Source of the DNA: Candidatus Omnitrophota bacterium
Lineage (GTDB): Bacteria > Omnitrophota > Gorgyraeia > Pluralincolimonadales > Pluralincolimonadaceae
NCBI GenBank assembly: GCA_003141835.1
Contig: PLNR01000006.1
Location: 78,558 to 142,557 of the forward strand
Direction of reading: 5' to 3'
DNA length: 64,000 nt
Shown here: piece after piece, positions 27,243-37,652 of the stretch
Numbering within the stretch: position 1 is the stretch's first letter
Layout: each line of letters starts with the position of its first letter
Made by a program: the position numbers and the translations under genes
Notes under the pieces: model-generated
The model's database searches: none
Told to the model about the DNA's origin: nothing
The model's input: only the letters and a program-made list of their open reading frames with translations

Positions 27243-28241
27243 TTATATCCAGCAGAGGCCGTCTTCGGCCAGGTAATCGTTCCCCACCGCGTAGGCGAAA
27301 GCCCTGCATCCGCGGCATTTATCTATGCGGCAGGTGCCGCACTTTCCTTTTAATTTGCTCTTATCGGTCACTTCCTTGAGTACCCTGCTTTCGCTTATTA
27401 TATCCTTCAAGCCCTTGTCGAGGAGGTTGCCGATCTTCATGGCAAACCTGCGGCACGGGAGCAGGTCCCCGTTTGGCATTATCGCGAATGCATCCTCGCC
27501 GAGGTTGCATTCGGCTCCCAGCAGTTCGGCGTCACCCTCTTTGAACTTTATCCAGAACGCCTTGCACGGGAGCATATCATCCCCGGCCGAGTCGACCTCC
27601 ATGTATTCGCATATCTCGCCGACAAGCCGCTTCCAATCCTCTTTGCCTATGACCTCGGATTTGAGGCCTTTGCTCTGGCCAAGCGGTATGAAGCGCTCTA
27701 TTATAAGGCCGTCGACCTTCAGGTCCCTGCATAACTGGAAAAGCGCGGGCAGCTCATAGGTGTTCGACCGCATGGCGGTAAGCATTATTATGACCTCGAA
27801 GGCGCCCTTCTCCTGGAGCAGGTTTATCTTTTCAAGCACGGTTTTGAAAGCGCCGGGCCTGCGTATCGCGTCGTTAGTCTTCTCTGTCGCCCCGTCGAGG
27901 GATATCTTTATCTGTTTTAATTTCTTTATCCCCTTAAGTTCCGTGACGGTATCATCGCCGATGAGGCTCGCGTTCGTTATCACTGCGAGCTCTTCGGTGG
28001 TGTCGTGTTTGTCGAGATAACGCAGCAGGCTGAGGAAGTCCTTCCTCAGGAAAGGTTCCCCGCCGGTCAGGTTTATTTTCGTCTTCCTGCCGCCTGCGCT
28101 CGAGGCGATGTTCTCATATATCTTAATGAGGGCTGCCAACGGAAGGTCGGAGGCCTTCGTGAAATCATTCTGGTAACAATGGCGGCACCTGAAATTGCAC
28201 GCGTCGGTTATGTGCCACTGGAAAAAAAGGTTCTCCCCCAT
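27243..28241 (-). CDS. Radical SAM/SPASM protein
   Basis: QWHITDACNFRCRHCY, TGGEP, SPASM C..PCRR..CGTC...CRGCRA..C. Confidence 0.9.
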   Translation of the reverse strand: MGENLFFQWHITDACNFRCRHCYQNDFTKASDLPLAALIKIYENIASSAGGRKTKINLTGGEPFLRKDFLSLLRYLDKHDTTEELAVITNASLIGDDTVTELKGIKKLKQIKISLDGATEKTNDAIRRPGAFKTVLEKINLLQEKGAFEVIIMLTAMRSNTYELPALFQLCRDLKVDGLIIERFIPLGQSKGLKSEVIGKEDWKRLVGEICEYMEVDSAGDDMLPCKAFWIKFKEGDAELLGAECNLGEDAFAIMPNGDLLPCRRFAMKIGNLLDKGLKDIISESRVLKEVTDKSKLKGKCGTCRIDKCRGCRAFAYAVGNDYLAEDGLCWI

Positions 28242-28242
28242 C

Positions 28243-28740
28243 TTATGACACGCCCCTCCAGATCTTCAGGATCCCTTTTAGCGACTCGAGGTGCTTCTCC
28301 TCTTCTTTTATTATATCCTCAAAAGCCTTCTTTGCCGGCGCGTCGGTGGTCTTGACCAGGCAGGCCTTAAAGAAGCTGACCGAGCGTTTTTCGAAAAATA
28401 TGCCCAACTCTATCGCTTTCTTCTCGTCTTTTATTATGTCAGCCAGGTCGACCGACTCGCCGAGAGCCCCGAAGACCCTCGTATCTATCTCGTCGACTAT
28501 GCTGTTCTCGTCGAAAGGCCCGGAGAGTTCTTCGACCTTTTGGTTGAAGAACTTCAAGTGCTTCCTCTCCTCTGTAAGGAGCGAATAGACCGCCTTCTCG
28601 GCCTCCACATCATCCACTGACGACAGGAAGAGGCTGTAAAAATTTATCCCCTCGGCCTCGAGCCTGCGCGCGATCTTGTACGCCTCCAGCGGCTTGAAGT
28701 CCGATATGATTATCTCGTCGCCTTTATAGTCTATCTTCAT
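28243..28740 (-). CDS. Ferritin-like (rubrerythrin-type) protein
   Basis: Paired E..G..FY / EERKH and EK....F / EEEKH di-iron motifs. Confidence 0.8.
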   Translation of the reverse strand: MKIDYKGDEIIISDFKPLEAYKIARRLEAEGINFYSLFLSSVDDVEAEKAVYSLLTEERKHLKFFNQKVEELSGPFDENSIVDEIDTRVFGALGESVDLADIIKDEKKAIELGIFFEKRSVSFFKACLVKTTDAPAKKAFEDIIKEEEKHLESLKGILKIWRGVS

Positions 28741-28741
28741 T

Positions 28742-29158
28742 TCACTCCCCTATTATCTTGACCAGAACCCTTTTGCGCCTCTGGCCGTCGAACTCGCCGT
28801 AGAATATCCTCTCCCACGGCCCGAAATCCAGCTTTCCCTTCGTCACGGCCACGACGACCTCGCGGCCCATGATCGTCCTTTTAAGGTGCGCGTCGCCGTT
28901 GTCCTCGCCGGTGCGGTTGTGCCTGTATTTCTCGACGCCGTAAGGCGCCAGCTTCTCGACCCAATCAAGGAAATCCTGGTGCAACCCTTCCTCGTCGTCG
29001 TTTATGAAGACGCTCGCCGTGATATGCATGGCGTTCACGAGGCAAAGCCCTTCTTTGATACCGCTCTTATCGAGCGCCTTCTCGACCTGGGCGGTAATAT
29101 TAACTATCTCGTACCTTTTTTCGGTATTGAACGCGAGATACTCGGTATAGGCTTTCAT
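28742..29158 (-). CDS. yjbQ: YjbQ/UPF0047 family protein
   Basis: [26 protein letters not shown]. Confidence 0.92.
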   Translation of the reverse strand: MKAYTEYLAFNTEKRYEIVNITAQVEKALDKSGIKEGLCLVNAMHITASVFINDDEEGLHQDFLDWVEKLAPYGVEKYRHNRTGEDNGDAHLKRTIMGREVVVAVTKGKLDFGPWERIFYGEFDGQRRKRVLVKIIGE

Positions 29159-29173
29159 CGCCTGATAATTATA

Positions 29174-29229
29174 ACAATAAAAATGGTGACAGTATACTTA
29201 ATTATTGGGAGATAAGTATACCGTCACCA
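29174..29229 (-). terminator. Long hairpin/terminator after the SYLF gene
   Basis: 17-bp arms 29184-29200 and 29213-29229 (one G-U on minus strand) followed by TTTTTATTGT. Confidence 0.7.
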
Positions 29230-29233
29230 AATT

Positions 29234-29920
29234 TTATTTCGAATAGCTCTGGATCTCCGCGATGAGGGAGACGCCTGCCGGCGTGGGTTGTATCTTGCCG
29301 CTCTTAAGTATCTCTTTCGCGGTCACGTCAGCTTTGTACAGCGCCTTGTCTCCTTCTTTATTCTGGGTGATCCCCGCGCCTTCAAGTTTCAGCCCGATAA
29401 AGGCGCCTCTTGACCTCGAATACGAGAATATACCGCCCTTCAACTGGAGGTCGGTCGAGGCCTGCGCGTCCCTTCCTACCGGGCCCGCGGCCACCGAAGC
29501 GTCGGCGCCTAGAGTCAATTTGCTCGCGAGGAAACCGTCGACCCCGCGGTCGCTCATTATAATGAGTATCGAATCCGTCGCCTGCCCGCCTATCTGCCAT
29601 CCGAAGCTCCCCCCTCCTATATTAAAGACGGCTGGGGGACTCCAGTTGCCGTTATTGTCTTTGTAGAGCACGACGCCCTGGCCGTATTTCGCGCCGATTA
29701 TGAAACCGCCGCCGACCGTCGAGGGGAATATCGCTATACCCCTGCATTTCCTTAACAGGTCCGTCGGGATCGAGGTATCGGGCATTGAATTCACTTCCTT
29801 GAGCACCTTGCCCGCTTCCGTAATAAGGTCTTCCCATTTGTCGGCGTATGCCTTTGCGCCGGTCAACAACATCGACGCCGTTAACGCGCCGATCAACAGC
29901 AGAACATATACCTTCCTCAT
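29234..29920 (-). CDS. SYLF (Ysc84) lipid-binding secreted protein
   Basis: Signal peptide; GFIIGAKYGQG, GGSFGWQIGGQATD, AAGPVGR, SYSRSRG. Confidence 0.9.
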   Translation of the reverse strand: MRKVYVLLLIGALTASMLLTGAKAYADKWEDLITEAGKVLKEVNSMPDTSIPTDLLRKCRGIAIFPSTVGGGFIIGAKYGQGVVLYKDNNGNWSPPAVFNIGGGSFGWQIGGQATDSILIIMSDRGVDGFLASKLTLGADASVAAGPVGRDAQASTDLQLKGGIFSYSRSRGAFIGLKLEGAGITQNKEGDKALYKADVTAKEILKSGKIQPTPAGVSLIAEIQSYSK

Positions 29921-30564
29921 GCAGCACCTCCTTTTTCTCCGTTAGTTTCAAGGAACTTCGCCATATCTTCCGGGACCGGCGCCGTAAAAACAAGCTGTTC
30001 CCCGGTCACGGGATGCGTGAACCCGATCTTTTGGGAATGGAGCGCCGCCCTCCTGAATTTAAGCTCATAATCCTTGGCGAACGCGAATTTTCTTTCGCCC
30101 ACCAGCGGATGGCCTATCGACTTAAAATGTATCCTTATCTGGTTGGTCCTGCCCGTTTCCGGCTCGATCTCCACGACCGAAAAACTCCTCCATTCCTCGA
30201 TCACCTTATATTTCGTCACGGACTTTTTTCCCTCGATCGGGAGGTCGATGGCGCCGGCCTTCCTGGCGAGCCGCCCGTGGACAAAAGCGATATAAGTCTT
30301 ACTGACCCTGCGGTTCCTGAACTCCTCCATCATCGCCTGCTGGGTCTTCTTCCCTTTCGCGTATATTATCAGCCCGGAAGTCTCCCTGTCAAGGCGGTGG
30401 CACGGGTGAGCGTTCGCCTCGATGCCGCGGGCGTCGAGCTCCCGGTTTAAAAGGGCAGTAAGGGTATTCGATTCTCCCTTAGGGGTCGGTATAACCAGCA
30501 TCCCGGCCGGCTTATCGGCGACTATTATGTGGTCATCTTCATAGAGTATTTTGGATCCGCTCAT
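29917..30564 (-). CDS. RluA-family RNA pseudouridine synthase
   Basis: DKPAG, HRLDRETSG, TGRTNQIR. Confidence 0.92.
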   Translation of the reverse strand: MSGSKILYEDDHIIVADKPAGMLVIPTPKGESNTLTALLNRELDARGIEANAHPCHRLDRETSGLIIYAKGKKTQQAMMEEFRNRRVSKTYIAFVHGRLARKAGAIDLPIEGKKSVTKYKVIEEWRSFSVVEIEPETGRTNQIRIHFKSIGHPLVGERKFAFAKDYELKFRRAALHSQKIGFTHPVTGEQLVFTAPVPEDMAKFLETNGEKGGAA

Positions 30565-30613
30565 CGACGTGATTATACCTCCGCCGGTGAGGGATTGACA
30601 ATGTAATATTTAT

Positions 30614-31867
30614 ATGCTAACTTTATTCAATAGCATGGACATAAATACAACCCGTACTATTAACGAGCTAGTCTCCGCTATTGCTTATGTCCTTGATGTG
30701 ATGAGTGAAGGCACAAACCTCTACCACTCTTGGCGCGTAAGCATATTCGCTTCCCAATTCGCGAAAACGCTCATCCCCGACGAAAGAAAAACGATATTCT
30801 ACGCCTCGCTCCTGCATGATATCGGTTATCTCGCGCTTCCCGAACATATAACGCATTACCTTTCATCGCAGGAAGACCCTTCGAAGGACCCGGTGATCCT
30901 TTCCCATCCTATCATCGGCGCGGAACTGACCAGCCAGATACCGAACCTCTCGACGATAGCGAAGCTTATCCTGAACCACCACGAATGGTACAACGGCAGG
31001 GGTTATCCGCTCGGCAAGCAGCGCAACGAGATCCCGCTGGGCGCGCAGATAATATTGCTCGCCGACCAGATGGACATGCTCATGAGGAGCAAATCGATAA
31101 CCGGCATAAAGGCGATCGAGAAAGAAATATCCTTATGGTCAAATGAGCGCGTCTCGGCCGAGCTCCTTGAAACGGCAATGAGGGTCCTCACGGATGAGGG
31201 ACTGGTCGAAGAAGTATCGGATAAAGAGAAAATACCGGCGGTATTCAACAGGGTAAGGGCTGAGACCGGGCCGGTGGACATTCCCGGGAGCGTCGACGCG
31301 GTAGGCATCGCCTGCGAGGTATTTTCGCAGCTGATAGACACTAAACATCCCTCGATGATCGGGCATTCCAAGAGGGTCTCGGTCTATTCGATACTCATCT
31401 CGCTGGCAATGAACCTCTCCCACGACGATATAACCAAAACGAAATGGGCGGCCCTGCTCCACGACGTAGGTAAGCTCGGCATCGCCAAGGGCCTCATCAG
31501 CAAACCCGGAAAACTTACCCCGCAGGAATTTGACGCGATGAAGATACATGCCGTATTTACGCGCGAACTGCTCGAGACGATAGTGGATTTTAAAGAGATA
31601 GCCTTGATAGCGAGCTCCGATCACGAGCGTTTTGATGGGAAGGGTTATCCGATGGGCATCAAGGGCAACCAGATACCTTTAGGAACAAGGATAATCTCAG
31701 TCGCCGACGCCTTCGACGCGATGACATCTACAAGGACCTACCGCAGGGCGATGTCCAAGGAAGCGGCCTGCGACGAGATCGAAAGATGCGCCGGGACCCA
31801 GTTCGACCCGGCCGTGGTCAAGGAAGCTATTCCGGTCCTGCGCAATCTCTCTGTTTCCCTCCTCTAA
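30614..31867 (+). CDS. Tandem HD-GYP domain protein (start may be ATG 30635)
   Basis: HDIG..HHEWYNGRGYP and HDVGK..DHERFDGKGYP; only plus-strand gene; TTGACA(30595)-17-TAACTT promoter favours the 30635 start. Confidence 0.9.
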   Translation: MLTLFNSMDINTTRTINELVSAIAYVLDVMSEGTNLYHSWRVSIFASQFAKTLIPDERKTIFYASLLHDIGYLALPEHITHYLSSQEDPSKDPVILSHPIIGAELTSQIPNLSTIAKLILNHHEWYNGRGYPLGKQRNEIPLGAQIILLADQMDMLMRSKSITGIKAIEKEISLWSNERVSAELLETAMRVLTDEGLVEEVSDKEKIPAVFNRVRAETGPVDIPGSVDAVGIACEVFSQLIDTKHPSMIGHSKRVSVYSILISLAMNLSHDDITKTKWAALLHDVGKLGIAKGLISKPGKLTPQEFDAMKIHAVFTRELLETIVDFKEIALIASSDHERFDGKGYPMGIKGNQIPLGTRIISVADAFDAMTSTRTYRRAMSKEAACDEIERCAGTQFDPAVVKEAIPVLRNLSVSLL

Positions 31868-31868
31868 T

Positions 31869-32561
31869 TTATTCTTTCCCGAGCTTGCGGCTGAGGTAGC
31901 CCCCTGTGAGGCCGTCAATTGTGGCGGTGAGCTCTTCTATCCTGATCTCTCTTTCCGTGTAAGCAGGGTTTTCTGTATCGGTTACCCTGGTAAGTTGCCT
32001 CTGGAGTTTCTTTCTTTCGAAATAGGCGGTATTAAGGGCCTCCATTATTTCATTCCTTAGCTCAACCATAAGTTTCGAGCGCGAGTCTATCGAGGTCTGG
32101 GCGGTGTTATATATAAGATCTCCCAAGTCCCATTTCGCCGTGAAATCCCAGCCACTGCTCATGTTATCGGGACCGACGAAGAAATTTGTCTTGCCGCTTG
32201 CGGTGGCGTAGGTTATGGTATCGTCGATATCGTTATTGTAGCCGACGGATACCTCGGGCATAAGTGCGCGCGCGGCGGCCTGCGCTCGCCAGTTGGCTAT
32301 CTTATCGGGATTGACCTCAGCGTATCTGATCGCGGCGCGCTGGAGTTCTAGGATGGCCGGTTCGTTGGGATCAGGATGATAAGAAGCTTTATTTTGGACT
32401 AAGGCTGTTTCAGCAGCTTCCTCTTTAGAGGCCACGGCCTCTTCATTAACAACGGGAGCCGGTTTGATTGATGTTTTCTCCACCTTCTCCCGAGCACAAC
32501 CATTTATCCACGGCACAGTCATACACAATACCAAAATCACGCTCAGTTTATCAGGACGCAT
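31869..32561 (-). CDS. Putative lipoprotein with single TolC/OEP-like repeat
   Basis: Signal with NGC lipobox-like site; MPEVSVGY...AKWDLGDL beta pair flanked by long helices. Confidence 0.55.
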   Translation of the reverse strand: MRPDKLSVILVLCMTVPWINGCAREKVEKTSIKPAPVVNEEAVASKEEAAETALVQNKASYHPDPNEPAILELQRAAIRYAEVNPDKIANWRAQAAARALMPEVSVGYNNDIDDTITYATASGKTNFFVGPDNMSSGWDFTAKWDLGDLIYNTAQTSIDSRSKLMVELRNEIMEALNTAYFERKKLQRQLTRVTDTENPAYTEREIRIEELTATIDGLTGGYLSRKLGKE

Positions 32562-32649
32562 TTGCTTGTGTCTCCTTTCTAAGGTAATAGACGTTAATTG
32601 GAAGGAAAAACTTTCAAAAATATTTTTTCAATGAGTTAATTTACGCCTC

Positions 32650-33615
32650 TCATTTAACTTCTGGATTTACGGGGTACGCCACGGGATCATCAGGCATATG
32701 TTCAGCTTTGGGATTTAACGGAGGCCTGTTCCAAATTTTATCTACCTCCAGATTCCTTGAGCCATCTGGCTGGAGGTAGTAGTCGAAGTCTCCACTAAAA
32801 CAAATCTTTCCATACCTGCCCTCTGGAGTCTTGAAATAACAAAACTTGCGATACCTGTCGTCAGGTTTATGTTCCGCCGGAGTGAAAGTTGGTACATAGC
32901 CTGATTCAGGGGCTTCGGGCATTAGATCAAAGTCAGCATAATATCGCTCCGTGCTATTTTCGAATTTCGGGTATCCTTCAAAATATATAAAGCCGCCTGG
33001 TTCTTTTATGGTATAAGTACTCTTACCGTCCTCATTAACACCGCGAACTATATCAACAGCCTTATCTCCGTCAACGGGGAAATACCACCTCTTCGAGAAG
33101 GACCAGCCGCATTGCTTGCCTCCTGATTTCTGCTCGTCTATGTCAGGGATTTCACCGCCCCTGGTAAACTCAAGGCTCGAGGGGTTGCCCTTTGGAATAA
33201 GATAAATCAGGATGTCTTTTTCGGTTAGCTGGAATGGTATAAAAGCATATTTTCCATTCACAACATCCGGGCCGCCCGAAAATGGAACATCCACCTCAGT
33301 GCTATAATAGCTGTCTTTTTGCGCTAAAACCGAAACGCTGGTAGCTTCTCCTGTCCAGCTAAAACGGCTTCCCTGCGATTTCAGCTCTAAAGTATCTTTG
33401 ATTTCAACGAATCCATACATATTCGAAGCATCATCTTTGTGTTTACTAACTTTGATTATCAAAGTTACATCCCCGGAAATTTCTTTCCCATCTTTGTCTA
33501 GAATTTTCCCGGATATATCGACCGGCAACAATTTACGCTCCGAACAATAACCGCCCTCAGATAATAACGCTATCAAGAAAATGGACAAAATAAAACCAAG
33601 CGATACTTTATTCAT
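32650..33615 (-). CDS. Secreted hypothetical protein, candidate immunity partner
   Basis: Signal peptide, AT-rich, 4-nt overlap with upstream hydrolase gene. Confidence 0.6.
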   Translation of the reverse strand: MNKVSLGFILSIFLIALLSEGGYCSERKLLPVDISGKILDKDGKEISGDVTLIIKVSKHKDDASNMYGFVEIKDTLELKSQGSRFSWTGEATSVSVLAQKDSYYSTEVDVPFSGGPDVVNGKYAFIPFQLTEKDILIYLIPKGNPSSLEFTRGGEIPDIDEQKSGGKQCGWSFSKRWYFPVDGDKAVDIVRGVNEDGKSTYTIKEPGGFIYFEGYPKFENSTERYYADFDLMPEAPESGYVPTFTPAEHKPDDRYRKFCYFKTPEGRYGKICFSGDFDYYLQPDGSRNLEVDKIWNRPPLNPKAEHMPDDPVAYPVNPEVK

Positions 33616-36600
33616 TTATTTCCTCCATTCTGTTTTTTATGTCTCTCGGGATCGAGAACATACTCGTAGAAGTTTAGAACATCAGAATAATACTCGTCCA
33701 TCATGCTTCCATGGTTTCTTATGCCATAGGGATGATTGTTTTCGTTTAAGAATAATGACCAATTTTCGAAATTCGCTAGACCTGATTCGGCTGCATTCAA
33801 TCCAAGGGGCGCTCTTAAAGCTTCTTGTGGAAAAATGAAGCCAATTGGATTTCTATTAATTAGATTATAATCGTTATCCAGGGGCGTCTCAAGCCCAGAC
33901 AAGCAATTATTCGTTAACCAAGCATCTTTTAACGCCTTGTCTTTCTCAGAATAAGTATTATAAACTTTTTTTACTACCGTGGCGTCTATTCCGTACATAT
34001 TATCAAAATAGTATCCTCTTCTCTTTGGGTCGTATCCGGAAAATGTTTCCCCTGGAACTGCCGCTTCAGCCAATATAAGATTATTTAGAGTTATCTTGTT
34101 TTCAACTGGTTTTTTTGCGTTCTCAACCGCAATCAATCTTATCGCATAAGAAATCGCATTATTGCCCAGCGAATGCGCGCTTAAATTAATATTGGCGTTG
34201 GGGTATTTGTTTCTATAAGTCGTTAGTATATCAGCAACGATCTGGCCGGATTGAAACGAATTAATCCAATCCGCATTGAAGGCTAATTGAGTCCAGCCTT
34301 CATGCGCGTGCCATGTAATTCCGATAAAGGCTCCTCGGTAACCGGTCCTGTACATCCTCTTAAATATAGTATCGGTAACTACCTTTGCCTGTTTGGCATC
34401 GCTGTAATAACCATGGGTCCAAAATACTACCTCTTTAGGGTTATCAGGATAAATGTGACCGGTCTCATGATTATAGAGATATCTGTATATGCCATTATTA
34501 TCCTTCTCCGGACCCTGCATTTTATTATCAGTAATAATCTCTTTGCTTGAAACGGCATTTCCATATCCTACGGTATTATACCTAACGTTACAAAACAAAT
34601 ACATATCATTAAGGTCTTTTAAAGTGATAACCGCCTCATCCAAAACCACCCTCTTTTTATCTTGGCCTACGCCTAACTCTACCTCTAATGTGAGTTTGAG
34701 CTCTCCTGTGGAGACGCCTTCGAAGATACCGTAGAAATTGCCTTCGGAATTGAACCACATAGGATCAAGAATTATCTCATTTTTGTCATCCTTATCCGGA
34801 ATAGAAAATTCCATTTCTTTTATAAATTGTTGTTTTGCGTAGTGCAAATCTGTTAAATAGGCGTCGTTTACTCTTTCAAAAACCCTTATTCTGCCCGTTC
34901 CTTTGGCTTTTAGATAGAATTTTACATTCTGGTTGGTAGTCCATTCCTTAATGTTGGGTATTGATAGATTAATTGGCATAAAGTCCTCGAGATCGCGGAT
35001 GCCATTTATCTTACCATCAAAAGCATCGGCTGCGCCGCTCGCCAAATTAGGATCATTGTCATCGGAATGGATCGTTGACTCATTATAATCATCGTCATCA
35101 TTCACCCACAACACGCACCCCGGCGCGACCTGCTCGACGGCATTATCATCACCGCCCAGGAAGCCGTCGTTATTGGAGTCTACGAGGATGTCGCCTTCAA
35201 GAGTTTGCATGTCATAACAAGTAAAACTTCTTCTATACCACCCGTAGCTCCAAGACACGCCGTCATCATGGCTGATGCCGTAGGCGGGCGCTTCCATGGT
35301 TATATCGATATCGGTATCGGGATTAGGGTTCTCCATAATAATATATGCCGGCCTCTTGAAAACTGTGTCTTGATGCAATCCTCCCGCGGGATCGGAGATT
35401 AACTTATGCGCTGGATCGAATAAGGCAACTAAAGGGTATTTGCCGTTTATTTTGTATTTTGAAGGATCGAGTGAAAGTTGGCTATTGCCCGTGATCATAG
35501 GTTCGGTCTCGATAAAATGGCAGTCCTTGAATATGACGATAAAGGGCCTTTCCTTTAACGGCGGAGAATGAATAGTTGTAATTAACTTGCCCCAGCCTCT
35601 TCCGGGACGCCCATAATATTCCCATGGTTCACTAACAGGATACATTAACCAGGGAACCTCCGAGACATAGCAGTATGACGATATGCCGCTACCATATACA
35701 AAACCGCCGGCGGAACCGTATCGATTAAAAGGCGGACCGGCTGGGAAATGCTCACGGAAATTGAAGTTTATATCCGACCAGCCAAGAAAAGGCGGCTCCC
35801 TCAAGAAATCGCTATTGAATGCCTGAGCGTAGATGTTCTCAAGCTTTATCTCCTTGACGGTCCCCCACCAGTTGATGTCTGTTTCACGATGGTAAGGATC
35901 ATTAGGCTTCTCGGCATAAACGGGAGGAAACACATAAGATTCGCCTGTCGAATATAGTTTCACAAACAACTGATAATAATAAAACGTTATCTTCTCTTCG
36001 GTAACATGCCCGCTATCATCGGTTACCTGCGCGGTGAGGATGTTTTTCCCGGAATGCGTGACGGGATCGACCTTCATAATGATATAATCCGGTGAGTCGC
36101 TTTCAATATTCCTGCGGCGCGCTTCTCCCGGGGAAATAAGCGTCGGACCCGTAAAGGTAGAACTGGCTTGATCTATCGTGCATTGCTGGCCGCCTATAGT
36201 TATGTTTCTTACGTGGGCGGTTCCACTGAACCTGCCGCCTATTTGAAGGGCATTTTCGGTTATGATCTGGTCTTTATAGGGAGAAGAAAAAGACAGTATC
36301 GGCTCGCCATTATAATAATCTTCTTTATTATTGGGAGCCGGTGTTTGCGTTTGGGCGACATCAGCCTGGGAACTTGGGTTATTGACGGCGTCGGCTCCGG
36401 TGGTAACGCCGCCTGTTATCTGCTGGATAACGGAAATGACTTGCGAATTATCATTCTTAATACTATAACCCGAAGTTGCTGGCGTTGGGGCAGGCGCAAT
36501 ATCAATAGGCGAACTGTTAGACGCGGTAACCGCCGGTGTAAAACCCTCTGCTACGATGGCAGTATCTGTTGACGGAACTTTTTTAGCTTCTGTCTCATTA

Positions 36601-37022
36601 GTTCCTGTCGCTTCCAGGAGTTTTCCGGCCTCGTCCTTTAATTCTTCTTTACGATATAGCGAATAAGAATAAAACTTCCTTTTACCGGTCGAATCAAGTA
36701 TCTCAAATAGGAAGACATTTTTTCCTATTGATAACGGCAGGTTAGATATCGTGAATTTGGATCCTCTAAATTTGACCGGCTTGCCGTCTATCCGCAAAGA
36801 TAAGATATTTGATCCTGTCACTATACGGCCGCTGATATCTACCGTTTTGGTATCTATTATAGAGAAGGCTGGCGGAACTATCGATTCCAGGGTTGGTAAG
36901 CGATAATTTATGCCCTCGTGAGCATAAGAAGGCGTAAAAAATAGCGTCAATGACGCTAACGCGACAAATATAACTGCGGCTATTCTCTTGTACATAGGAG
37001 AAATTAATATACAATATTCCAC
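33612..37022 (-). CDS. Large secreted multidomain protein with C-terminal alpha/beta hydrolase (start may be ATG 36995)
   Basis: Signal peptide, Ig-like segments, acidic DSNNDG/VNDDDD/DLEDF region, then WTHGY, AHSLG, YSEKDKAL, NHGSM. Confidence 0.75.
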   Translation of the reverse strand: MEYCILISPMYKRIAAVIFVALASLTLFFTPSYAHEGINYRLPTLESIVPPAFSIIDTKTVDISGRIVTGSNILSLRIDGKPVKFRGSKFTISNLPLSIGKNVFLFEILDSTGKRKFYSYSLYRKEELKDEAGKLLEATGTNETEAKKVPSTDTAIVAEGFTPAVTASNSSPIDIAPAPTPATSGYSIKNDNSQVISVIQQITGGVTTGADAVNNPSSQADVAQTQTPAPNNKEDYYNGEPILSFSSPYKDQIITENALQIGGRFSGTAHVRNITIGGQQCTIDQASSTFTGPTLISPGEARRRNIESDSPDYIIMKVDPVTHSGKNILTAQVTDDSGHVTEEKITFYYYQLFVKLYSTGESYVFPPVYAEKPNDPYHRETDINWWGTVKEIKLENIYAQAFNSDFLREPPFLGWSDINFNFREHFPAGPPFNRYGSAGGFVYGSGISSYCYVSEVPWLMYPVSEPWEYYGRPGRGWGKLITTIHSPPLKERPFIVIFKDCHFIETEPMITGNSQLSLDPSKYKINGKYPLVALFDPAHKLISDPAGGLHQDTVFKRPAYIIMENPNPDTDIDITMEAPAYGISHDDGVSWSYGWYRRSFTCYDMQTLEGDILVDSNNDGFLGGDDNAVEQVAPGCVLWVNDDDDYNESTIHSDDNDPNLASGAADAFDGKINGIRDLEDFMPINLSIPNIKEWTTNQNVKFYLKAKGTGRIRVFERVNDAYLTDLHYAKQQFIKEMEFSIPDKDDKNEIILDPMWFNSEGNFYGIFEGVSTGELKLTLEVELGVGQDKKRVVLDEAVITLKDLNDMYLFCNVRYNTVGYGNAVSSKEIITDNKMQGPEKDNNGIYRYLYNHETGHIYPDNPKEVVFWTHGYYSDAKQAKVVTDTIFKRMYRTGYRGAFIGITWHAHEGWTQLAFNADWINSFQSGQIVADILTTYRNKYPNANINLSAHSLGNNAISYAIRLIAVENAKKPVENKITLNNLILAEAAVPGETFSGYDPKRRGYYFDNMYGIDATVVKKVYNTYSEKDKALKDAWLTNNCLSGLETPLDNDYNLINRNPIGFIFPQEALRAPLGLNAAESGLANFENWSLFLNENNHPYGIRNHGSMMDEYYSDVLNFYEYVLDPERHKKQNGGNK

Positions 37023-37073
37023 CTTCCTTGTCTAGTAAATTTAATTGCTTTTTTGGGGTAATATTTTTGGGGA

Positions 37074-37652
37074 TTAGGCAAAGAGGTCAATATCTATTTT
37101 TTTAAGCATCTTTGCCAACTTTGCGAGCGGCAGGCCGATGACATTATTAAAGCAGCCTTCTATCCTGTTGATGAATATACTGCCTAATCCCTGTATATCG
37201 AAACTTCCCGCCTTATCGAGCGGCGAGACCTTCCTGAAATAATTCTTTATCTGCCTGTCGCTTAACCGGTACATATAGATCTTCGTCTTCTCATAATCTG
37301 TAAGGACTTTTTTATTATCAATATCTATGACCGCCATCCCGGTATAGACCCATTGGGGCCTGCGCGAGATGAGCTTTAACGTCCTGAACGCGTCGTCGAG
37401 GTCCTTCGGTTTGCCGATTATCTTCTTGCCGGAGAGGACGACCGTATCGGCCGCGATGACGATTCCGGAGCGGTACCTTTTCGCGGCGTCTTTCGCTTTT
37501 TTCAGCGCGTTATCCATGACCAGGTCAGCGCAGCCGCTTTTAAGGCGCATATCCTCTTTAACATCGGACTTCGCGGAAATAAAACGCAGGCCTATCTGTT
37601 TGAGAAGCCGCTGTCTTTGTTTGGATTGCGACGCTAAAATTATTTTTCGCAC
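37074..37652 (-). CDS. maf: Maf nucleoside triphosphate pyrophosphatase
   Basis: ILASQS, AADTVV, GKP, DKAGSF.IQG. Confidence 0.92.
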   Translation of the reverse strand: MRKIILASQSKQRQRLLKQIGLRFISAKSDVKEDMRLKSGCADLVMDNALKKAKDAAKRYRSGIVIAADTVVLSGKKIIGKPKDLDDAFRTLKLISRRPQWVYTGMAVIDIDNKKVLTDYEKTKIYMYRLSDRQIKNYFRKVSPLDKAGSFDIQGLGSIFINRIEGCFNNVIGLPLAKLAKMLKKIDIDLFA

